Part shown: one piece after another, positions 1 to 7,438 of the stretch
How positions within the stretch are numbered: the stretch's first letter is position 1
How the letters are laid out: each line of letters opens with the position of its first letter
Sequence record: NC_048674.1
Direction: 5' to 3' (one strand)
Length of the DNA: 64,000 nucleotides
Made by a program: the position numbers and the translations under genes
Notes under the pieces: model-generated
What the model saw: the letters and a program-made list of their open reading frames with translations, nothing else
Databases searched by the model: none
Told to the model about the DNA's origin: nothing

Positions 1-213
1 AGAAAAACCGCATTGGAAAATATGGTTTTTCAGATGGGGGCCAAAGGTGTAAATGGCTTCCCGTCGATGCTTCGCGCTATGCGCTCCAAGAACTGGGTAG
101 AAGCAAAGAAGCACGGTCTTGCTAGTGCTTGGGCGAGACAGACACCAAATCGTGCTAAGAGAGTTACAGACGTTATTGAGACTGGTACTTACAAAGGTTA
201 TCCATTCGCATAA
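1..213 (+). CDS. e: Soluble T4-type lysozyme (endolysin), 3' part; 5' end lies outside the window
   Basis: Frame open from base 1: RKTALENMVFQMG...AWARQTPNRAKRV matches the T4 lysozyme C-terminal lobe and the gp5 lysozyme domain in this window. Confidence 0.9.
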   Translation, partial: RKTALENMVFQMGAKGVNGFPSMLRAMRSKNWVEAKKHGLASAWARQTPNRAKRVTDVIETGTYKGYPFA

Positions 214-216
214 AAC

Positions 217-247
217 AAAAAGGGACCCCATATCGGGATCCCTTTTT
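217..247. terminator. Bidirectional intrinsic terminator between convergent e and tk
   Basis: aaaaagggacccca-tatc-gggatcccttttt hairpin with A and T tracts. Confidence 0.8.
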
Positions 248-822
248 CATTTTCCACTCATACCAGCAACCCAGTGTTTACGACAAACAGAAATATATCT
301 ATCGTTCCCACCAATACAAACTTGATCACCAATAACTTTTTTGCCGTTCTCATCAACACGAAGGTTCATCGTTGCTTTAGAACCACACCAACAAATTGTT
401 TTATGTTCCACAATTTGTTCAGCCATAACCACAAGTTGACGACTTGCATCAAACATCTCTCCGTTAGAGTCGGACATGAGACCATAACACATAACAGGAA
501 CATCGTAATTATCAACAATAAAAGCCAGTTGTTTTACTTGTTCGACCGTCATAAATTGGGCTTCATCGATAAGAATACAATCTATTTTCTTTCCGATCTT
601 ATAACTCAAATAAAGATCAGTTAAATTCTCCTTATCAGAAAACATAATTGATGGACGAGAAACCCCCAATCGTGAAGAAACCATTTCCCCATCACGAGTA
701 TCAATGCAAGGTTTTAAAACTAAAACTCCCATTCCTCGTTCTTCATAATTATAAGCAACTTGCAATAAATGAGAACTCTTTCCCGCATTCATTGCGGAAT
801 GATGGAAATGCAAACTAGACAT
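247..822 (-). CDS. tk: Thymidine kinase
   Basis: AMNAGKS P-loop, IDEAQF, YGL, CWCG zinc motif and IGGNDRYISVCRKHW lasso motif. Confidence 0.97.
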   Translation of the reverse strand: MSSLHFHHSAMNAGKSSHLLQVAYNYEERGMGVLVLKPCIDTRDGEMVSSRLGVSRPSIMFSDKENLTDLYLSYKIGKKIDCILIDEAQFMTVEQVKQLAFIVDNYDVPVMCYGLMSDSNGEMFDASRQLVVMAEQIVEHKTICWCGSKATMNLRVDENGKKVIGDQVCIGGNDRYISVCRKHWVAGMSGK

Positions 823-830
823 ATCATACC

Positions 831-1247
831 TCAGATAAAATCAGAAAACTTTTTACGACTCTCTTTGAGCCCTTTATAAAATGTTAATGGAAACTTATGA
901 GCCGCAATCAATAGATCCACAATATCACAACGAACCCGATATATTTCAATCAGGTTATCACCATCATTGGCTAACAATGCACTATACCGATGGTGTCCGT
1001 CTAGAATGTAGTTATCATCAGAAACAACAATAGGTTTTGATAACACACTATATGGTGCACTTCTCATCTTTTCCACTTTTTCTTCATTATACTCTGATTG
1101 AGTCGGAAGTAAAGTCTTTACTTTAACCCTTTCCTTAATAAACCCAACCCCGTTTGTTGTACACCAATCCAAAAATCCGGGGACGTTCTCGGCTGCAATT
1201 TGAGGCATATTTTGTCTATCTATACCTTTACTGTTTTCATATTTCAT
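831..1247 (-). CDS. ParB/sulfiredoxin-like domain protein
   Basis: PIVVSDDNYILDGHHR motif; CTAAATA at 1270-1276 upstream. Confidence 0.8.
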   Translation of the reverse strand: MKYENSKGIDRQNMPQIAAENVPGFLDWCTTNGVGFIKERVKVKTLLPTQSEYNEEKVEKMRSAPYSVLSKPIVVSDDNYILDGHHRYSALLANDGDNLIEIYRVRCDIVDLLIAAHKFPLTFYKGLKESRKKFSDFI

Positions 1248-1290
1248 TTCAATTCTCCTTAATATAACATATTTAGAGATTAGGAAATGA

Positions 1291-1314
1291 AAAAAGAGCC
1301 CGAAGGCTCTTTTT
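1291..1314 (-). terminator. Intrinsic terminator after hoc
   Basis: aaaaagagcc-cgaa-ggctcttttt; reads as a TTCG loop on the minus strand. Confidence 0.85.
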
Positions 1315-2080
1315 ATTTTAAGTCACTTACCTTTAGAATCCGACCATTTCTGGATTCTTGAAGTTCAACTTCTCCATATTCATCAAACGCTTTAACTATG
1401 GTTTCTATTTCGTCTTTATATTTCAGAGAACTATAGTCTGTAAACCAAGATGGATTTTTCTTTATTTCGTCAATAACCCAGTACCCAATCCAAGTAAAGC
1501 TAGTTCCTCTATACTCAAGAGGGATAACTTTCCATAAAGACTCAAGAACCTTCGTAATAACGGTTAGGTCAACCATTCTAGTCGAAATCATTTGCCCAGA
1601 AGTAGTTTTATCCATAAGAGTCGTTTCGACCAGATAATTACCAGAGTCCGCAACAACGACGTTGCTTTTTGTTAATACCGCAGAAGTTGCACCGGATACG
1701 TTAATGGGTCCTTTCTTCCATTGATATTTGATCGTAAAATCAGACTTGTTATCACCAGCGGTATCAGGGGTAAATTTAACGACTGCTGTCATAGTAGACG
1801 AAAAACCATCACCTTCCTCAAGGGTAATGGTCTGTAGTGGTTGTGGTGTAAGGTCCAATTCAGCCATACCGATCTCAAAAACAGTGTCTGTGTCGGTAGT
1901 ATCTACCGTTGCAGTTACTGTATAAGTGGCAACATCAGAAGCACCGAAAGAACTAAGAATAAGGTCTTTTTCTGTTTTACCGGAAATGACGGTAGATCCC
2001 TTTTTCCACACATAGGTTGCACCTTCTGTGGTAATTTCTGAACTCAAGGTGACAGACGAACCTTTAGAATAAAATTTCAT
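1313..2080 (-). CDS. hoc: Hoc head outer capsid protein with two Ig-like domains
   Basis: Two Y-x-W-KK...G-x-Y-x-V Ig-like repeats; C-terminal FTWIGYWVIDEI...ELQESRNG capsid-binding motif; late promoter 2122-2128. Confidence 0.88.
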   Translation of the reverse strand: MKFYSKGSSVTLSSEITTEGATYVWKKGSTVISGKTEKDLILSSFGASDVATYTVTATVDTTDTDTVFEIGMAELDLTPQPLQTITLEEGDGFSSTMTAVVKFTPDTAGDNKSDFTIKYQWKKGPINVSGATSAVLTKSNVVVADSGNYLVETTLMDKTTSGQMISTRMVDLTVITKVLESLWKVIPLEYRGTSFTWIGYWVIDEIKKNPSWFTDYSSLKYKDEIETIVKAFDEYGEVELQESRNGRILKVSDLK

Positions 2081-2133
2081 TTATAATACCTCAAAACGAT
2101 AAAGGGGCATTATGCCCCTTTTATTTAGTACCT

Positions 2134-2985
2134 TTATTTCTTCATTACCATAGCCCATGTTTCTGGGTTTGGAATATAATCAGAAATCTTATTCACAATC
2201 TGTTTATCAAGTTCAGTTGCTTTCATCGGAGCTTTACCCTGTTGTTTAACTCTTATGTAGTTTGCTTCTTTAACATAAGAACCACCTTTACCAGATTTAG
2301 CAATAGAAGAGTCAACACCAATTTTATTGAATGCAATATACCAATCACCATCGGCATAACTCCGGGCACCTTCACCCATAGCCATTAGGTTTTTGAAGGT
2401 CATACTTGCACCCTCATGGGTTGCAACAAGAATTTCAACCGGTACAGTACGGGAACGTTCGGCGTTTTGTTTCATAGCAACGTTGATATCATTCATCACC
2501 CACACGATATGAACGTTTTCCTTGTTATAACCTAGTTCACGAACCTGTTTTGCAATTTGAGCCATCTTACCCATATCTTTAAGGGTAACGTCAAAGATCA
2601 AATTAGGTTTACGATCCTCTGGTGCAGCCAATACACCATTAAAAACACGTTTATCCATGTTCTTGGTTGTCTTGTATACATCAGATAGAAGGCTATGCAG
2701 AGTAGAAACGTTTTCTGGCTTCTTCAAGTCAAACTTGGATATATCGTGCCCGGTTTCTGCTTTAATGCGCCCAGCGAGCTTTGTGGAAGCCATAGCAAGC
2801 TCTTTTACACGGTCTACGTCTAGGGTAATACCTTCCAGACCAACTAGTTTAGAAGTAACAAATCCCTTTCCCGAACCGGCCCCACCAGCCAAGATCAAGA
2901 CGTTGTTAAACTTAGGATATGCCTTCTTTCCGAATACCATCAATTTTTCTTCCAATTGAACGAATTCACTAAATTTCATTTTCAT
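2134..2985 (-). CDS. P-loop kinase-like protein (AAA_33/zeta-like), possibly an internal head protein
   Basis: LAGGAGSGKG Walker A, TLDVD, LIFDVT, NAERSRTVP; N-terminus MKFSEFVQLEE; late promoter 3016-3022. Confidence 0.75.
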   Translation of the reverse strand: MKMKFSEFVQLEEKLMVFGKKAYPKFNNVLILAGGAGSGKGFVTSKLVGLEGITLDVDRVKELAMASTKLAGRIKAETGHDISKFDLKKPENVSTLHSLLSDVYKTTKNMDKRVFNGVLAAPEDRKPNLIFDVTLKDMGKMAQIAKQVRELGYNKENVHIVWVMNDINVAMKQNAERSRTVPVEILVATHEGASMTFKNLMAMGEGARSYADGDWYIAFNKIGVDSSIAKSGKGGSYVKEANYIRVKQQGKAPMKATELDKQIVNKISDYIPNPETWAMVMKK

Positions 2986-3018
2986 TTTAATTTTCCTATA
3001 GGTTGATTACCTTGGTAT

Positions 3019-3312
3019 TTAGGCATCTACCCAATAAGAAAACTCTTCAATCGTCTTGAATACCATCATCCGTTTGTCTTTGAATCTAGTAACAACAATA
3101 CCGGATTCCATAACACCAACAATATATTCACATACCATTTCACATGGTTCATCAATAAAGCAAGCTTTAGTATAGAAAGTTTTGATCTTGGTATAGTTAC
3201 CCATATCAACAACTTCTACCTTTTCGTAAGCTTCTTCGCAGATTTCAATAACACGTTTTACATCGTACATCTTTATATCCCTTTTTATTCTTATAGTTTC
3301 TTCACTATACAC
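3019..3312 (-). CDS. Hypothetical protein
   Basis: 97-aa ORF in tandem gene order. Confidence 0.65.
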   Translation of the reverse strand: MYSEETIRIKRDIKMYDVKRVIEICEEAYEKVEVVDMGNYTKIKTFYTKACFIDEPCEMVCEYIVGVMESGIVVTRFKDKRMMVFKTIEEFSYWVDA

Positions 3313-3348
3313 AAATGAAAATCCCCCGTCAATAGACGAGGGATGTTT

Positions 3349-3750
3349 TTATTTGAAACGTTTTACCTTGTAGGTCACCAGCTTAATGAACTCCAATGAA
3401 TCCTCAAGTGCGTTTAAAGTTCCTTTAAACTCTGGTTTTCCATCAAGTAACTCAGCCAACTCAGAGCCGTTGTCGTAAAGTCCCTGTAACACACTCAGAG
3501 CGTCGTCTGACGCAACTTCAAAGTGGTTGTATACCAACTCGATGTCGTTAGCCAAGGCGCTCTCTGCAACCGAATCTAGGTAGTCATCTGGGAATTCCTT
3601 ATAGAACTCATCAAGTGCCATATGGAGCGCATAATTGTTGGTTGTAAGATGGAGAAAGTGGATCTTTGCAACCGTCTTTAATCCAAGAGTCACAAATCTA
3701 GATACTCTATCTGAGATTCGTTTCATATCATATTTATAAGCTATTTTCAT
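3349..3750 (-). CDS. Ferritin/Dps-like four-helix protein (DUF5856-like)
   Basis: HFLHLTTNNYALHMALDEFY motif with His/Glu spacing typical of phage ferritin-like proteins. Confidence 0.7.
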   Translation of the reverse strand: MKIAYKYDMKRISDRVSRFVTLGLKTVAKIHFLHLTTNNYALHMALDEFYKEFPDDYLDSVAESALANDIELVYNHFEVASDDALSVLQGLYDNGSELAELLDGKPEFKGTLNALEDSLEFIKLVTYKVKRFK

Positions 3751-4301
3751 TGCATTCCCAATTTAACGATTAATGAATCCATCTTGAATGCGGCATAACT
3801 AATTAGACCGTATGTGGTATTTATTTCTTTACCACCATCCAAGTGATATGAACAACTACTACGATTAGTGAATTGTCTCTGACCATTGGTACATGTGAAA
3901 TAAGGTTCATCAATAATGATCATACTATATTTTTCAATCCTACTTCCATGAATAACATGATTGTATGTACCACGAGAATAAAACCTATTAACAAAGTCGC
4001 TAATNGACAACACTTGGTNTTTTAAATGTGGTGCNACNGACAATATANATCTGATAGTAGGATGGTTGTGAACAANATACAAAGCGTCTTTATGTTCTTC
4101 TAACAACATAATAGCAGCAGATGTTTTTCCTGTTTGTCTTCCCATATCCAAGCATATAGTCCCCAACTCTTGTTGGAATGCATCAGGAGATATCATCAAT
4201 CGACTCCTGTCTAGATATTCGGAACTTTTAAATAATTTTAATTTTTTGTTTACCATACTAACATATTCGTCTCTAAAGAAACTGTTTGGCGATATCATCA
4301 T
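3747..4301 (-). CDS. P-loop NTPase-like protein (helicase/terminase-like motifs)
   Basis: MGRQTGKT Walker A and IIIDE Walker B; contains Ns. Confidence 0.65.
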   Translation of the reverse strand: MMISPNSFFRDEYVSMVNKKLKLFKSSEYLDRSRLMISPDAFQQELGTICLDMGRQTGKTSAAIMLLEEHKDALYXVHNHPTIRXILXXAPHLKXQVLXISDFVNRFYSRGTYNHVIHGSRIEKYSMIIIDEPYFTCTNGQRQFTNRSSCSYHLDGGKEINTTYGLISYAAFKMDSLIVKLGMQ

Positions 4302-4329
4302 ATCTGTTTTACCTTCTTATTAGTTTATT

Positions 4330-4539
4330 TTAATAAGCCATCGCGAACATACGACGCTGTTTTGCTCGAAGGTCTTCACCTTCTTTCTCTTTCAACAGTT
4401 CATCCGGCTTTGCATCCAGACTAACCTGTTTGGCTTCTACGTTTTCCCACAGTTTGGAGTTATACCATTTTTCATTACCACCATTGGCACCACCACGACC
4501 CTCACGGGCATGACTTTTCTCATGAATATTCTTAGCCAT
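4330..4539 (-). CDS. Hypothetical late protein
   Basis: 69-aa ORF, GGAG RBS, CTAAATA at 4569-4575. Confidence 0.7.
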   Translation of the reverse strand: MAKNIHEKSHAREGRGGANGGNEKWYNSKLWENVEAKQVSLDAKPDELLKEKEGEDLRAKQRRMFAMAY

Positions 4540-4578
4540 TTAAAACTCTCCTATAGTTGATATGAACATATTTAGGGA

Positions 4579-4764
4579 TTAAAGACTACGAATAATCGAC
4601 ATAGCAATCAAAACGGGCCAAATTGCTGATACAGAAAGATAATCCATAACTTCTTTAAAAGTAGGGGTCCTATCCTCTTCTCGGTCTTGATGATCGGTAA
4701 TCCCAAATGCGGTAATGAATACCAGAACACCAATCAAATACACAATAAAAATTCCAGTCAACAT
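4579..4764 (-). CDS. Small membrane protein
   Basis: Two hydrophobic helices; GGAG RBS. Confidence 0.7.
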   Translation of the reverse strand: MLTGIFIVYLIGVLVFITAFGITDHQDREEDRTPTFKEVMDYLSVSAIWPVLIAMSIIRSL

Positions 4765-4789
4765 ATCAAATTCTCCGTTAATAAAAAGA

Positions 4790-5020
4790 AAAACGGGGAC
4801 TATATCAAGCCAGTCAAAGCAAGATAAAGTCCCCGTTGCCGAACGTTGTCTTTGGTGTCAGACAACAACCTTGTGATAGTGGTAGGTCACACCACCCTCT
4901 TTAAAACGGGGACCATAATCGAGGCAATATGGTCTCTTTTCGTCTAGTGACAATACAGGGTATCACCTTTACCCTTGACTCGTATTGTTTGACGCCGCTG
5001 CGCCACTCTTGGGGCGCGTA
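4790..5020 (-). ncRNA. Candidate structured RNA (cluster of five or more hairpins)
   Basis: Stems 4792-4801/4828-4837, 4845-4851/4860-4866, 4911-4917/4928-4934, 4950-4962/4970-4988, 5000-5004/5013-5017; strand inferred from operon. Confidence 0.45.
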
Positions 5021-5032
5021 CACTTTAAAATC

Positions 5033-5284
5033 TTAACTATATTGATAACCGGCGTTAGCCTTTTTCATTTCGTAATCATCATCAACAAAAACATCGTGAT
5101 TACCGTGCATGATATCATGTTTCAATTTACGATCTCGCTGACGACTCAATGTATTATAACGATCTTTGACACCCGATTCTGGATAACTAGGATATTTATC
5201 TCCCAGATCCCGATTCACTTTAAGTTCATCACCATACCAACTGTCCAGATGTTTTTCATTTTTACGACGAAATGTCTTACCCAT
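5033..5284 (-). CDS. Hypothetical basic protein
   Basis: 83-aa ORF (MGKTFRRK...) with AAGGA RBS. Confidence 0.7.
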   Translation of the reverse strand: MGKTFRRKNEKHLDSWYGDELKVNRDLGDKYPSYPESGVKDRYNTLSRQRDRKLKHDIMHGNHDVFVDDDYEMKKANAGYQYS

Positions 5285-5294
5285 ATATCATTCC

Positions 5295-5489
5295 TTACAG
5301 GCTTTCTATGTATTTAATCACACGGTTTAGTATTTCATTTGAATCATTTATCTCAATATCATCAAATGCATACTTTATCTTTTTTATTACAGTTTCTTTC
5401 TTCCATCCGATCTTGAAAGCATCATTAACGAAAGAAACCCAATCAATAATATAACCGGAATTATAAAATTTCTCTATCAGAATATCCAA
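5295..5489 (-). CDS. Small protein resembling the alanyl-tRNA synthetase YDTYGFPLD helical segment; start uncertain
   Basis: Frame open well upstream of the TTG at 5489: ...VFYQFETNGIPLDILIEKF...IDWVSFVNDAFKIGW. Confidence 0.55.
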   Translation of the reverse strand: MDILIEKFYNSGYIIDWVSFVNDAFKIGWKKETVIKKIKYAFDDIEINDSNEILNRVIKYIESL

Positions 5490-5639
5490 TGGAATACCAT
5501 TTGTTTCAAACTGATAAAATACATTACATAAAACCGGAATACCATTATTGGTATAACCATTTACAAAAACACTATTTTTACCTTTACGTCCTAACGGCTT
5601 GCGTTTAGCGGTGACATATACAACCTCTCTTTTTAAGTT

Positions 5640-6112
5640 TTAGCTTCATGTGCGGCTGCAAAGCAGGTCGAACCACCAAGGCACATACTTGTTGATGTGG
5701 TTCCGTAAATCGATCCGGTCGCACCATCACCGGACTTAATAGCATTGGCTATCCGAGCCCAACATACAAACATCATCACCCCAATGGGCTACGCCTGCAA
5801 AACGGTCTTGCTCGTTACTTTTACGCTTAGGCCCTTATGGGAATCTAAGCCTTATATTTAACGTCATAACGGACGCGCTTATGTGATGGCTTGAATCAGT
5901 GGTCATTCACAAGCAATACTCCCTATGTAACCTTTTACCCGTCACGGACTAGAACCTTATTACAGGGAAGGAACCTACATCACCATTTGAGTAATGGGAG
6001 AGGTCGGGGTTCGGTTTTTATTTTCTAGCTTTCACTAGATTTTTTACAAATACCGGTGGGCTACTTAAAGCGTCGATTCTCATAGACCGGACTATTGACG
6101 AGAATCCAAAAT
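5640..6112 (-). ncRNA. Candidate large structured non-coding RNA downstream of tRNA-Thr
   Basis: No ORF of 60 aa or more; long-range helix 5970-5981/5694-5704, many nested stems, predicted pseudoknot 5866-5871/5813-5818. Confidence 0.6.
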
Positions 6113-6113
6113 T

Positions 6114-6189
6114 TGGTGCCGAATGTCCGACTCGAACGGACCACCCCAGCGTTACAAAGGCTGTGCTCTACCAGATGAGCTAATTCGGC
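6114..6189 (-). tRNA. tRNA-Thr (TGT)
   Basis: Cloverleaf GCCGAAT..ATTCGGC-A-CCA, loop TTTGTAA, TTCGAG T-loop. Confidence 0.93.
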
Positions 6190-6190
6190 A

Positions 6191-6467
6191 GCGGATTATA
6201 ATCAGGATCGTTAGACTGTGATTATATCCTAATGTAGTTGACATGCTATCACAAGGAGGAAGGACGTTCAACTGATTTTGTCCATCTGTTCGTTGTTTGG
6301 TAAAGGACAGTTACCTCAAGTTCAACCCTGCTTGTCAAGGAGTAGTTACCATATCGTCTTTATACTACCAATCCCGCCTGAAACCTAAAGGCACGTTTCA
6401 GGATATCCAGATTCTCTATGGCTGGCTTATTCCGGGGCATACGTCGTTACCCGTTCTTTGTGCTAAG
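6191..6467 (-). ncRNA. Candidate structured RNA between tRNA-Pro and tRNA-Thr
   Basis: Stems CCTGAAAC/GTTTCAGG and GGAT-ATAATCA/TGATTAT-AATCC; internal segment ends ...GTCCTTTACCA. Confidence 0.4.
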
Positions 6468-6543
6468 TGGTCGGTGATACAGGACTCGAACCTGTGACCC
6501 TCTGGTCCCAAACCAGACGCGCTACCAACTGCGCTAATCACCG
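6468..6543 (-). tRNA. tRNA-Pro (TGG)
   Basis: TCTGG-TTTGGGA-CCAGA anticodon arm; encoded CCA. Confidence 0.96.
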
Positions 6544-6697
6544 AAAAGTTCCAAACCAACTGTATTTTACATACCAGATGACCACATCCCTATAATGGTT
6601 GATTTGGATTACCCCGTGCTTATCCGTAACGGTTTAAAACCGCAAGGGGGCATCGTCTCCGAGGATTTTATCAGAACGTCTTCTAACTTCTTCTATT

Positions 6698-6788
6698 TGG
6701 TGGATGCTGTTGGATTCGAACCAACTTGTTTACCCAGAGGGAACGGATTTACAGTCCGCCGCTACACCGCCATCGTAGCCGAACATTC
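6698..6788 (-). tRNA. tRNA-Tyr (GTA)
   Basis: GCGGA-CTGTAAA-TCCGT, long variable arm, CCA. Confidence 0.93.
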
Positions 6789-6794
6789 AGAATT

Positions 6795-6870
6795 TGGCTG
6801 GCGAGGTGGGATTCGAACCCACGACATACGGATTAACAGTCCGCTGTTCTACCTACTGAACTACACGCCA
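6795..6870 (-). tRNA. tRNA-Asn (GTT)
   Basis: GCGGA-CTGTTAA-TCCGT, TTCGAA T-loop, CCA. Confidence 0.95.
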
Positions 6871-6871
6871 T

Positions 6872-6949
6872 TGGAAGCGGGAGGTGGATTTGAACCACCG
6901 ATTTCCAGATAATGAGTCTGGCGAGAACTCCTGACTTCTCCACCCCGCT
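6872..6949 (-). tRNA. tRNA-Met (CAT), atypical
   Basis: CCAGA-CTCATTA-TCTGG, AGCGGGG acceptor, CCA; T37 and T73. Confidence 0.85.
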
Positions 6950-6953
6950 ATGA

Positions 6954-6960
6954 TATTTAG
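6954..6960 (-). promoter_or_regulatory. Late promoter CTAAATA immediately upstream of tRNA-Met
   Basis: tatttag on the plus strand, 4 nt from the tRNA 5' end. Confidence 0.6.
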
Positions 6961-7111
6961 GGTGGTCTTTCACCCTTCATGAATCTTGGTCATTATAACC
7001 CGGCTACATACGCGCATCAACATCCCTTTATAATTTTAAAAGCTAGGGGACTCATACCAGCTTTATTGTCATCGTAAGGTCAACGACCATTAAATTTGTG
7101 AGAGCTTACGA

Positions 7112-7306
7112 CTATAGAATATATGCATTAACTATGGATTTTTCGATCTGTCTTACTGATGTAAGTTTACTCTTACCTTTAAACTTAAAGGCAGGTTCTC
7201 CATTTGGAGCAAACCCAAAGACTACTAAACTATGGCGTCCATTCTTCCAATGGATTATACCATCACCAACTGACCAATTTTCAATTATGGATTTTATACC
7301 AGACAT
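7112..7306 (-). CDS. Hypothetical protein within tRNA cluster
   Basis: 64-aa ORF on the operon strand. Confidence 0.55.
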   Translation of the reverse strand: MSGIKSIIENWSVGDGIIHWKNGRHSLVVFGFAPNGEPAFKFKGKSKLTSVRQIEKSIVNAYIL

Positions 7307-7327
7307 AATATAGTTCTCATCAAAATT

Positions 7328-7404
7328 TGGTGGCCCCTACTGGACTCGAACCAGTGACCAACCGATTATGAGTCGGTTGCTCTAACCAACTGAGCTAAGG
7401 GGCC
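7328..7404 (-). tRNA. tRNA-Ile2 (CAT, lysidine type)
   Basis: GGCCCCT acceptor and CTCATAA loop closely resemble enterobacterial ileX. Confidence 0.9.
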
Positions 7405-7438
7405 AAACAACACGTATAATACGTATTACTATTGAATT

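Noticed and set aside
5787-5875. Pistol ribozyme-like topology (4-5 bp P1, 6-nt loop pseudoknot, TTAAATA linker)
   Set aside because: The conserved GCG after the pseudoknot is absent and the putative P2 3' strand (AGCC) pairs better with downstream TGGGCT; kept only as a pseudoknot within the larger RNA
6050-6112. Theta/HDV-like ribozyme just after tRNA-Thr
   Set aside because: P1- and P3-like stems are present but there is no P2 3' strand, P1.1 GG or J4/2 catalytic C in the expected order
5640-6112. tmRNA, RNase P RNA, T-box or group I intron identity
   Set aside because: No tRNA-like CCA end or tag ORF, no GAGGAAAGTCC, no T-box consensus, and no P/Q/R/S elements recognised
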